DNA of 64,000 nt from Ascidiella aspersa (taxonomy: Eukaryota), in NCBI GenBank assembly GCA_963924565.1, contig OZ004609.1, forward strand, positions 21,266,001 through 21,330,000, given 5' to 3'. Within the stretch, counting starts at the first letter, position 1. Each line of letters begins with the position of its first letter. Below are positions 1 through 21,100 of the stretch, in pieces. The notes beneath the pieces are model-generated. The model saw only the letters and a list, made by a program, of their open reading frames with translations, searched no databases and was not told the DNA's origin. The position numbers and the translations under genes were made by a program.

Positions 1-380
1 CAAATTTTATTTTTTATGTGAAACCAAACCCAGGTCATAAGGAATTTTTGCCCATATTGTAAAAGTAAGAATAGTTATTTCAGTACGATTTGAATAATTA
101 AAATCTTCGACATCTTAGCCACGTAATACATTGTATGATCAAATTATTATTTGCGCTCATGGGCTTTAGCTTCAACATATTTGGCAACTCCTATAATAAG
201 ACCCTGTCCTACATTGCACAATTAACGTAGAACATAGCAGTTTTGGTTAAACCGTATTTCGACCGAAGAAAGGTTCAATATATCATTTTGCCATAGTCTG
301 TGTTCATATGCCATACAATCTAGTTTTATCGTTCATTTGCTTCATTGTGGGCTAATTAACAGTTTTTTTCCTCATTTCAG

Positions 381-9262
<8,882 letters not shown>

Positions 9263-9394
9263 CGCTTTTCTACACTGAGTAACTATGGTGTTTTTAAGTC
9301 CGGGGCAGCCATCAAATTTGTAAAGTTTTGAACATTAAAATTTTTAAGTTTAAGAAAGCCAGATGATTTTTATTGAGTTTCTTTGGGACTAAAG

Positions 9395-9711
9395 CAGTGC
9401 TTCTCAACCTATGGGTCGCGACCCAAAATTGGGTCGCTGTTTGATTTGGTTGGGTCGCCGACCGCAGTAGTCACATGTTTATAATAATTGAGATTGATTC
9501 TGATCAAAATTTATCAATTAAGAAAATTAAGGAAGTAATACAAATAATGTCTTAGAATGATTATTAAAATTCGAAATTCTTAATGCTAATGCCTATTTTT
9601 TGTTCGCTTACAAGAAGCTAGTTAGGGTCGCCAAAGTTTGGGTCGCCAAAGCTCAGTCGCCATACTTACGCTTAATATTTGGGTCGCCGCGAAAAAGGTT
9701 GAGAAGCACTG
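9395..9711. mobile_element. hAT/Charlie-type MITE downstream of copine stop
   Basis: Perfect TIR CAGTGCTTCTCAACCT / AGGTTGAGAAGCACTG; TSD GACTAAAG vs GAATAAAG (7/8); internal GGGTCGC subterminal repeats. Confidence 0.85.
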
Positions 9712-12286
9712 GAATAAAGCAAAGATGCACATGTGTTCGATGTCCAACTACTTCAATTGAAACCTAACCCTGTTTGATTGTTTGGTTTGCTTTTGATCAT
9801 TTCAAAGGCATTTGGATAATGGTTTGCTTAATATCATTTACCCTAAAGAGCAACAAAATTTAGGCCAGTTAATTAATGTAATAGGTTTAGCAAGACATCA
9901 ATCATTTAGGCTTCACTGTACTGTGACATCATCGTTTTTGCAAATAAGTCTGTGAAAAAATTATATGTCGTGCTTGACCGTTGTTGCATCTGACCCAGAT
10001 TATTCGATTTGGTAAAACGACTCATTTGGTACTCCCTTTTAGTCCATTCTAGTTGATTAGTGCGTGATATCGCATTTCTAATGCAATTGCCTTACTCAAT
10101 TAATCTTATTTAACAATATTTTGAAATTTCCCCCAAATTTCAAATCGTATTGGGCCACTACCGCAATAGTTTTAATCCTTCTTTAATCGATAATTATGTT
10201 ACTGCATTTATACGCTTACCACTGTATATTGGCAATATTTCGACTTTTCAGTTGTAAATACAGACCTCAAATTATTTAACGACTATATTCTTGGGAAAAA
10301 CTTTACATTGTTAACGCAAATACTATTTATATTAACAGTACAAAATAAATATTTAATTGCCACTAATTTAGAAATGTTTTGTGATACAATAAAACAGTAA
10401 AAGTAAAAAAAGGTTGGTTATGGACAGAAATCGCTGGTAACTTTTGAACAGTTTACTTAATATCCATTTTAATAACGTACTGTGTGCCTGCAAATTGACG
10501 ACATCCGATACGTTATGTTATCTTTGGATACAAATTACCCGATGTTTGATGAAAAACGTATACAGCCTATCAATCCGATGCCATGACGTCGTTGTCGTTG
10601 CCGTAAAAAATGAACAAAAAAAGTCAAAACGTGTAAATTTATTGTTTTTAATATATAAGCTATTGCTGCCAGGCATAATATCAGGTTTGTAGAGCTCTTC
10701 TGGCAAATGTAATTTATTGTTTTTAAGTTCTCAAAGTTACTTAACTGTTAACTCACGAATTCTAATTTTGTTGGTTTATAAACCATTACTGAAATTATTT
10801 TTGTCAGTTTGGTGTATAATGGGCACCGATACCACCAGTATTGGACAAGTACCTAAACGGTCAATTTGATATGGGTTATCGGCTACGATCCGGTATTACA
10901 GTACATGCCTACTGCAAATCGGCTTAAATGATATTAGGTTTTACGATTAAATTGCCGGATGAAGCATTTTTTGTAAATTGTGGAGTAAATGAAATGTTAT
11001 TGCAAATTGTAGGGTAAAAGTGTTATGAATAGACTATGCCTATAAACATTTTTGTGATGCGCTAAATTTCGATACGCTTCAACCGGGAATTAATTTCGCT
11101 ATGAACAGTTTCGATTCACTTAACATATACATATTGCTATACTTGCATGACCGAGTGCATTACAAATTGATGCCCAAGGGCTTAGAGAGAAAATAAAGTT
11201 ATGGCAACTAAACCAGATATGACGTGTAATTTTTTGCATCAACGCATGATTATAATCAATACGTTCAATTATGCGAAGTTGTAATAACGTATGAATCAAT
11301 CAAGCGTTAAATTGAAGCAGTGCGCGTTATGAGCAAGTGTGTATATGTACTGTATAATTGTAGCCGCTTTGCGTGTGGTATGAATAAACTGTATTACAAA
11401 AAACAACGAGACGCAACAACACGATACAATCCGAACCCTAAACATTTGTACCTTAAAAAAATTTACAGTTTAATAAAGCAAATATTGCATGTCGCAGTGA
11501 AAACAGTATAAATAAATGGTCACAAATAAACATACCACAGTGTTTTCTGTTCGATAGAAACCTATAGCCTTTTGTTAAGATAGAGGGTCCTTTTCCTGAG
11601 TGTTTTTTGTGTAACTGGATGGCGGACCTCCCTCTAATGAAGTTTTGACTACCAAATATATATCAACGCTTCTCAAATCCTTTTTTATGGAGATCACTTA
11701 CTCGTACAGATTTTTGGGCGCCAAGCATATGCGTATTTCTAAAGCTGCGTTTACATGGGAACATGCTCTATTAAGTATAGCAAGAAAGTGGATTTATGTG
11801 GATATTTTACCGAAGTATCACCTTACGATATCAAGTGGCTTAAAATTGTTACAGCATTAATGTTGTTACAACAGTGTTGCGATCACCCAGAGTGTTAGCT
11901 TTATCCTTATCAAGTTTTGACAATCATATACTTAATAAATTATTTAGACTTTTGAATAAATTTACCCTTAACAAAGAAACTTAGGCTTAATATTAAATTT
12001 GGCACAATAACTAGTAGTGGGGATACAGTTTTATTTTTACTTTACTTATATTCAATTCTTGTCGTATCTAAATAAGTAATTGGTTAATAAACTTATGTTA
12101 TAGCGCAATTTTTAATGCCCCATAACAAAAACTTTGATCCCTGTGATTAAATACATAAACAATAGTGGCCGACACGGTTTTGTTTTTGGTAATGTCCCGT
12201 GTTTTGAATCTCATTTTAACTGAACAAAAACTGCATTTAAAAACAAAGAAATACACAGGTGCATAGATTGCTAGATGTTGCCCATC

Positions 12287-13300
12287 CTAAATAGAAGTTG
12301 ATACGGTTCTCGGAGCTAGCTTCGGTACCTCTTTCCGAAAAAGTAAAACGGGACATAAACGTCGCGGTCCATCTGACAGTGAACAAATCATCGTTATATT
12401 GACAATACACAGGTCCATTCCACACACTACGTCCCAAGCTAAACACAGAACTCTTTCTGCGGCAAGGTAAAGAACTAGGCCGAGCAAAACCGACGACAAT
12501 ATGCAGCAAAGCGTTGAAATGGCGAGGCGATTTATCAGGCGTGTTATTTCGTCACCGCGAACCATGAAAATGTTTCTAAAGAAATCCATGCATGTTTGTG
12601 TTTTACCGTGCATCAGTGGATGCACGATAAGCGCCAAAAGCAGGAGTTTCGCGACCAAGGTCGTAAACGTGAATGCTAAAACGCAAGTCAACACAAACCT
12701 GCGCTCATTGGCATTGCTCAACCAGGTCGGAATGCAACCGCCTGAGGTCTTTACCATGCAGTAGGTGAAATTAAACCCAACCACAACACCGATGATGCTA
12801 AAATAGATCACTGCGATCACGCAGCGACTAAGCATCCGGACAGCCCTCGTTTCGGCGTGGCGCAAACGCGGGTCTTCGTAGAACTTTCGCTGGCGCTTCC
12901 ACAGAATTGTATAGATGACCAATGTGCAGCAAGCATACATTCCTGTTAGGCCGTTGCTGTGCACGATACACTGGTCGAAAGGCCAGGTTTGATTAACGTT
13001 GAGCGACGCAACGATGGCGTAAAGCAGGGCGACGAACAGCGATATCAGCAGCAGTCGGCTAATTGACGTGGCTTGCTTTTTCGCCTTGTTTTTCAGCTCG
13101 TACGCCGCTACTGTGCAAAATATAGATCCCGAAATCACGCACACCACCATAGAGAAGATCCTCAACGTTTGCCTGCACCTAAATATTTCCAGGACGTTGT
13201 GGCAGTCACGTTTGCCATATTTCAACGCGCTGCAGTTAACCTCGTCAAAGTCCACAGTAGTGTTGGGCCACGAACACCAATTCATGCTTTTTGTGTGCAA
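12287..13300 (-). CDS. Intronless orphan 7-transmembrane (GPCR-like) protein, 337 aa
   Basis: Single long ORF with seven hydrophobic segments, N-terminal N-glycosylation sequons (NTT, NCS), Cys at top of TM3 (DQC) and in ECL2 (GGC); lacks DRY and NPxxY. Start could be Met1 or Met6. Confidence 0.75.
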   Translation of the reverse strand: MHTKSMNWCSWPNTTVDFDEVNCSALKYGKRDCHNVLEIFRCRQTLRIFSMVVCVISGSIFCTVAAYELKNKAKKQATSISRLLLISLFVALLYAIVASLNVNQTWPFDQCIVHSNGLTGMYACCTLVIYTILWKRQRKFYEDPRLRHAETRAVRMLSRCVIAVIYFSIIGVVVGFNFTYCMVKTSGGCIPTWLSNANERRFVLTCVLAFTFTTLVAKLLLLALIVHPLMHGKTQTCMDFFRNIFMVRGDEITRLINRLAISTLCCILSSVLLGLVLYLAAERVLCLAWDVVCGMDLCIVNITMICSLSDGPRRLCPVLLFRKEVPKLAPRTVSTSI

Positions 13301-14693
13301 CCTATAATATCTTTATATAAAGGCTCAACTATTGCCACAATATCGACGCCACTTGGTAAGAATTTAACAAATAGGTTAAGGTTCAAAAATGCGAAAACGG
13401 CGTCGAAATTGCGAGAAAATATATTACAGAGATTAAATATTAGTTAAATCGTTGCAAGCAGCCTATTAATGCGAAAATAATGGTCGTCGGAATTCACCAC
13501 TTAAATCTGTATTTCGTTTAGCGTGATTAAAATAACCCAATTGTATAGTTTTTACAAACATCTACTGGACGGCCTATATGATGAAGAGTAAGTCAAACAG
13601 CACTTGTAAAATTATAGAAATCTGCATTTACAATAATAAGCATCATAAACTTATTTTAGTGCCTGCTTCGCCATAAAGTAAAAATACAAATACTGTTTTC
13701 CTCGGATATCATCTAGTTTTCATACGACTTTCAGAAATACTAGATATGATTTACTCGGCTCTGTAGTAACAGTCATTCTTCGTTATGCGTCCATTCACAA
13801 TTTTTTTAACATTTCGCAAAATATTCACCTGTCTTTAGCTGTTGCAGTATATACTTATAAAAAAACCTTCGTTTGTTTTGCGATTACACTGATGAGCCGA
13901 ATCGCACTGCGTATCTGGCTTGGCAAATTAGCTGATAAGAAAGAACGCAACTTTGCCTGACTGTCGACTGGTTGATAGCTCTAGTGCGCTTGCCACATAG
14001 ACGTGGGGACCGGTATATACAGTTTGGCAGCAGAAAGGGATGTCATAAACACAGGTTCCACGAGAACCCAAACAGAACACGTTGTTGCATTTATCGCTGT
14101 TGACCGAATAGGCTTAATACACTCTATGCTCATTAAATTCGCAACTGTTATGCTTTTAATATATCAGTAAAATTAATTTCCATTTTGGGTGATAAACTTA
14201 GGCTACAAGATAATTTTATTGATTTTGATTTTAGTTTTTAGTCGGGTGGTACATATAAAAGAAGTATATTTTTCGTCAATCTTCCAAGTGGGAAAAACGT
14301 TAACCAATTTAAGTCTATTCAATTGATGCAACAAAAGTTTTTCGTGGTTTAAAGTAAGGTTTTTCGAAGATAAATCAATATTCAAAATACTAAATAGTTC
14401 GTTATGGATTAATTTAACCAAGAAAGAATTTTTTATGTTTTGTGAAATGATTGCCAAATATTCATTATTTGCAACATGGGATACGGTACACGTTAAATTT
14501 GTTAAGGATGTTTTTATGTTGTGCTTGTAGTCAATTTTGTAACGTCGAATATATAAATAGGTTATACTTCAGCGTTACGTGTTTTGTTGTAGGCCTATGT
14601 GATTACAAACAGGACGTATATGTGATTACGCATAGGCCTACTCGTAATTAATTGTTACAGGAAAAAATAAGAACGTTGCTGCTTCCTTTACAG

Positions 14694-15192
14694 CAGTGAT
14701 TCCCAAACTTTTTTTCTCGCGTACCATTTTGAGCTTTTGTACAGTGTTCATGTACCACTTTAGTTAAGCCTACATCTGACTAGAATATCTCAAACTATAG
14801 CTATTTTAGCATATAAGAAAATGAGCATGTAGCTGTATTAAAGTTTGACATATGTCATTCCAAGAAGACATAAAAGCCATAAATTAAACAAAACACAGCA
14901 AATAGTTTTAATGCGATTTATGTAGTTGTTTTTTCTCCACCAGGCACCAGCTGCTAACAATTAACGTTTTATTTTCTTGAACAACATAAGTGTTACGTCA
15001 TAAACATGCGAAAGCTCAAATTAAAGGTAACTAAAACGCAAGATTGCAAATTACCCAATCTGAAAGTTTTAAAAGTTGAAAGTTTTCGGAAATGTATACA
15101 GATGATTTGAAAATGTTATACGTAGTCGCGTACCACCTGAAAGACTCTCGCGTACCACCGGTGGTACGCGTACCACAGTTTGGGAACCACTG
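14694..15192. mobile_element. hAT/Charlie-type MITE
   Basis: TIR CAGTGATTCCCAAAC / GTTTGGGAACCACTG; perfect 8-bp TSD CTTTACAG (14686-14693, 15193-15200); CGCGTACCA subterminal repeats. Confidence 0.9.
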
Positions 15193-16916
15193 CTTTACAG
15201 CGTATTTTCTTCTAGCTGTGTTACCTTTGGTGATTTTTAGCAAAATCACTAAAAAGCATTTCGACCTGCGCCGACTTAGCTAAAACAATAATAAGAGCTT
15301 ATTGTACTCGCCTATCTTCCATTTTCAGTTAAAACATATCGATGCTACTAAACACACTGCTTTAACTCACAAAAACACAGACACTGAATGTATCATAGGG
15401 AACATTTACAGTTGCACAAAACAGTAGCCTCCCCTCGCTTATTGGCCCGTATTCAACTATTCTCTGTTTTCAACAGTACCACGCTGCACGCCGACATTCA
15501 GTATAAAACGTTAAAACTTCTGAAAAAGAAAATGACACGGCAGCTTCACAACGGTAATGATTCGCTCCAGGAAATGAGTCGTTATGAAACATAGTTTGCT
15601 GTGTAGGCCTAATAACTTTAAAATGATCTGAAATCGACATAGCCTATTGTCGCTTATCTAACCCTGAAAGGCAATATGTGCAACAGACAAATTAGGTAAA
15701 TCAAGCTGAAATATGAGCTGATTGACTCGACTGGCAGACTGTAACCGCTATCATTAGAAATTCATAATACAAATTATATATCTGTGTTGTGCAATTCAAA
15801 CTGCACTAAATGGGGTAAAAATACGAACGGAAGCATAGTATATTTTCAAGTGGAAGCATAGTACATTTTAGAAGCGACTACGGTGTGCAATTATTATGGC
15901 AACTGAAGACAAGTTTGCACAAGCGCGAAAAAAAATCATTTGATTGATTGGGCACATGAACCGATTTGCAATATTAACCTTACATCATAAAATATTCCAC
16001 CAACCGCAAAAAATATCTTTTGCGTTTATCTTGCTTAAAAATGGAAGTAGGATAGGTGTTACTCACGATAGATTAGCAATATTGTACAGGCCATATACAT
16101 TTGCGCAAACATGAACAAAGCAACATAAACTAAATAATTTTGTAGAACTTTCATTTGTAAAAATTCTCAATCTGCGTAGCGGCGACGCTATATGCTGTGG
16201 ACTGGCTGAGCTCGGCAAACTTTTTCCGACAAATAAAACTCAAAAAGGTTTCGACGGGCTGCAAAAGCTGTGTTTGACAATTTTGTTTTTAAAAGTTTCC
16301 TTATAAGGCATCTTGTTTTAAGGGTTGTGGCCATGGGGCCGACCTATAGCAGCTATTCATTATCACAATCAAATATAGTGTAGTAAAATACTTTCTAGTT
16401 TATAAATTAATTTAAGAGGGCCAATAAACTCTCGATGTAACATATAGCTGTTCTTGTTTAAAACGACGCAATGCACTCATGGGAATCGCAATGAAATGCA
16501 TTAACGTATATTAAGATGGCGCCACTTTAATTGTTGATTGTGGTAGGACTAGAAAATACACGGCGCTTGTAGGCTAAAAAGATTTTCTCAAAGCACAAAC
16601 ATACCAGAGGTATAAATAAGCATGCGAGATTTATTTTTACGTTGTCGTGTTGAAGTACCAAAAAAATTGGAATAGCCCCCTGCCAATTTATAAAAGAGGT
16701 ACGCTGCTGTTGATTTTCGCTTAAAACTATTATTTAAACAATTTAACCAATAAAGAGTAAGAACGCCGAAAGTATGAATAAAAAAACACAATACCATTTG
16801 TTTTCAATTCATTATTATGAAACTCGATTTTTGTAAAAAATTATTTCCATAAAAAAACACCAAAATGATATATTGAATACTATTCTATGTTGTTAAAGTT
16901 TTTTTTTATGGGGTGA

Positions 16917-16928
16917 TTTGGCGCGAAA
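16917..16928. promoter_or_regulatory. Overlapping double E2F site, putative LIG1 promoter
   Basis: TTTGGCGCGAAA (reverse complement TTTCGCGCCAAA, the classic DHFR-type E2F element) ~1.2 kb upstream of a replication gene, followed by a candidate donor CAG|GTATAG at 16994/16995. Confidence 0.55.
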
Positions 16929-18123
16929 CTTGTTTGGTGGATTTTTTGTTGCTGTTTTCCTACTGCTATCATTTTTGGTGCGTAGGACGCTCAGGTATAG
17001 TTAGTGTAGAAGACGCTTTTTAGAAAGATTCAGCATTACATATTATAAAACAGTGAATTTATAAATTCTAGCGCTTTATTTTTAAAAGTGCCTACTATCG
17101 ACTAATACGCATACACTAGGGTTCCTCTTTTACCCGGATTTTTTCACTCCCGGGAAACGGGATTAACAAATAAAACTTCCCGGGAATCCTGACGAAATTT
17201 TCGTGGCCTAATTACGTCATTATGATGTTTAAAATTACTTTATGTTAGCTCTAAACGTTTAATTAAGCTGATTTATGTTCTGTAGTATTGCTTCTGCAAT
17301 CTTACAAGACGTTCTCGTAATAAAGTCAGCACCCTTATTTGTTTTTTTTAGAAAACACTCGCATACTAGGCGCATTTTTATTGGTAAAATCAATTTAATT
17401 ATGTTTTTCCGCTGGTAAGCACAAAAAAAGCAACACAAGCAACAACTTTAATAGGTTTGGTAACATTTTTTTTTCTTTATATTAGTCAAAAATGACATTT
17501 TTTTGCTATGTTGCCGAATAACCGGGATTATAAAACAAAATTTCCTATCGATTTATTGGTGGTTATACAGTGGTTTGGGTTTGGGTGGTGGTTTTATTAA
17601 ATTGATTTCCAACGTTTTGCCTTAATTCCATGACTTAATCCATTTAAGGTGCGCTCTTCACATAGAAAATAACATAGGCGCTGTGCGGTAGGACAACCCA
17701 ATTTTTTTCTGAAGCGAGTCAATGCAGTTAAGTGGACACAAACCCAGTATCGTCTGTAGAGAAGGCTATCTTTCAAAAATAAACTTACAGGGCTGACCAG
17801 CTGTGGAAATTATGGCAATTTCACCCACGAGATCACGTTGAGATCTGCCATACTTTCCAGACTGGGGGCTGATAGGGACGAATCCAGGGGAAAGAAGTAA
17901 ATATTCTTAAATCTTGATTACATTTTTAGTATGTCTGGACCTGTTTTTGTTTTACAGTAACGAAACAAGTTCTTAAAAATGAAATAAATTTGTTCTGTGG
18001 AACCCACACTTACCTAAATAAATTTCGCAATATAAACCCTGGACGAAAATGACCAATGTCCCAATTCCTACCAACACCACAACACAATGATTTACAAACA
18101 TTTTTTTACAGATGCTTTATTGA

Positions 18124-21100
18124 ATGTTTGCAGGGGCTTATTCTGGTGGACGTCTTCTGTTTAGGAAGAACCTTGTAAATTCTGTCAATAAGTCCAAACG
18201 TTTTAGATCTGTTTTCTTAAACGTGTGCTCTGGGCCATATGGACACAAATCTTGGCTAAACAGAAGATTTTTAACTAATACAAACAAGTTAGTCAAAACA
18301 ATGCCACAAAAATCAATTGCGTAAGTGTTTTGTTTTTGTCGCATGCATATATTGAGTTTTTTTAGAAATATTTTATGGACTTAAATCTTAACAGTAAAAT
18401 AAACTAATTTTGTTTCTTTGTTTTGTATACCCTTTCATGAAATATTTTTTGTAGATCATTTTTCTCCAGCAAAAGTTCCTCAAATAAACTTACAGAAACT
18501 GTAAAACCTTTAACGGATTATGTGAAATCACTTAAAGAGGAAGTTCCTAATAGTGAGAAGCCTACTAAAGTTTTAGAACCCACTTTAAATGTAAGTCCAC
18601 TAAAGAATGGAAAGCGCAAACGAAGAGCGGTACTTAGTGACTCATCTGACGATGAAGTAAGTGGGCCAGAGGTGAAAGATGAAAATGGAAAACTACCAGT
18701 TAAGGAAGAAAGTGATGTACGTAAAACTAATTTTGTCTCAGTGATAAATTTCTCACAAGCACAAATTGTACATACGGGCCATTCCATGTCAATTCACACA
18801 GTCAAGAAATTCAACCTCTCCGATTTTCCTTAAATTTTACACACCTTTTCACTATCCTATATAATGAACACCTGCAAAATTTGAGCGTAATTTGTTGAGA
18901 AATGCCAGAGTTATGAAGCTTTTAGTTTGGGGGGTTCTGCCGAGGGGGCGCAATTTTTCCATTTTGAACCATGTTTGCCGCCTTATTACTGCTAAACTAA
19001 ATAAAGTAACAACCCAATATTTTTACATGTGATAGTACTTCTAACAAATATTTAAAAAAAAAACATAGTTTACATTGTCACTCTAAAAGGTCAAAGGTCA
19101 TAGACATCCAAAGTTGGCCTTTCCCAACACTCGGCTGAAATTTTCCCTAATTTTGAAATTTCGTCAAGACCCCATTTTTAAGTGCAATTGGCTAAAAATG
19201 GGTATAAATGTTGTTTATAGGATTCTCTCTGAACTGCGAAAATTTCAGCACAAAATATTAAAGGGGTTGGGAGATATTTATTGTGAAACATGGGTTGAAA
19301 TGAAAAAAAGCAAAAAGTGGGGTCCTTTTAATATACCGGTTACCCATGACCCCAGTGAAAATTTGCACTGAAATTTTGTCCACATATTTACTAAGATATG
19401 ACAAGTCTACCATGCAAAATTAATTCATGGTTCTCAATGATTTCTGATAGAAATTCTGTGTCAAATTCGGACAAAAACGCGAAAAATTACAAATAAAAAA
19501 AATTAAAATGTATTTGTAATTGTGTTTTTAATTGTGTAGTTTTTAATTATTGTTACCTCACAAAACACAAGCACAAAACACAACTCTTGCGCGTCTAGTT
19601 TTGGCAATATAATTGTGTCAGCATATATATCACAATCAAGTTGTTTAATATTTCACAATTTTGAAAAGCTATAAAAGTGAGTTTTAGTTTGCTAGTGTAA
19701 ATTCTTTGTCATTACAGAAAACAAGGTTTTACATAGCACACCAAATGTGGCAGCGTGCCTGGCGAGAAATGCATGAATTTTTTTAAATTATACAGTAATA
19801 TGGCAAATAATAGAAAAATATTCCAGTTATTAAGTTGTACACTTGTACATTACAGTTATCAAGTATTTTTTGTGAGGTAACAATAGTTAAAAACACGATT
19901 ACAAATACATTTTAATTTTTGTTTTATTTGTAAATTTTCGCGTTTTTGTCCAAATTCGACACAGAATTTCTATCAGAAAACATTGAGAACCATGAATTAA
20001 TTTTGCATGGTAGACTTGTCATATCTTAGTAAATATGTGGACAAAATTTCAGTGCAAATTTTCACTGGGGTTATGGGTAACCGGGATATTAAAGGAACCC
20101 CACTTTTTGCTTTTTTTCATTTCAACCCATGTTTAACAATAAATATCTCCCAACCCCTTTAATATTTTGTGCTGAAAATTTCGCAGTTCAGAGAGAATCC
20201 TATAAACAACATTTCAACCCATTTTTAGCCAATTGCAATTAAAAATGGGGTCTTGACGAAATTTCAAAATTAGGGAAAATTTTAGCCGAGTGCTGGGAAA
20301 GGCCAACTTTGGATGTCTATGACCTTTGACCTTTTAGAGTGACAATGCAAACTATGTTTTTTTTTAAATATTTGGTAGAAATACTATCACATGTAAAAAT
20401 ATTGGGTTGTTACTTTATTTAATTTAGCAGTAATAAGGCGTCAAACATGGTCCAAAATGGAAAAATTGCGCCCCCTCGCGAAACCCCCAAACTAAAAGCT
20501 TCATAACTCTGGCATTTCTCAACAAATTACGCTCAAATTTTGCAGGTGTTCATTATATAGGATAGGGAAAAGGTGTGTAAAATTTAAGGAAAATCGGAGA
20601 GGTTGAATTTCTCGACTGTGTGAATTGACACGGAATGGCCCATACCCTGTATTTTCATTTTCACTTTTTCACAACCAAACAACCACACTTAAAGTAACAC
20701 AAAAAAGACTCTGAACTGAGATATACATATGTCACAGTCAGTTGGGTGTTGGTCAGTTGCCAGTCGGGCGAGTGCCAAATCCACACTCGCCTGAAATATC
20801 AGCCCTTTTTACCATGTTAGATGAACTCTTTCGATGTTGTATTTGCACCAGCATGTATTGTTAACATTTACCTATAATTAACCTATATTCATTGAAGTTA
20901 AGTTAAACATAATTTGCCACATTTTATATATATATATATATATATATTTACAGGCAAGTTCAGACTGCTCTTTAAATCCACCCAGAGATGTTAATCTAAC
21001 TCCAAATGGAACTGTAAAAAGAAAAACAGGTAATAGTTGTGTTAAATAATTGTCCCTAAAGCTTAAAGCACTTGGACTAAAAGTAAATATAAAAAATATA

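Noticed and set aside
12237-13447. ORFs overlapping or antisense to the 7TM gene (12237-12509, 12501-12764, 13068-13307, 13073-13447)
   Set aside because: Shadow frames of a GC-richer real CDS; no recognisable domains.
19114-19371. 85-aa ORF as a transposase remnant in the foldback
   Set aside because: Lies within the TIR arm, non-ATG start, no catalytic motif; no autonomous transposase seen anywhere in the window.
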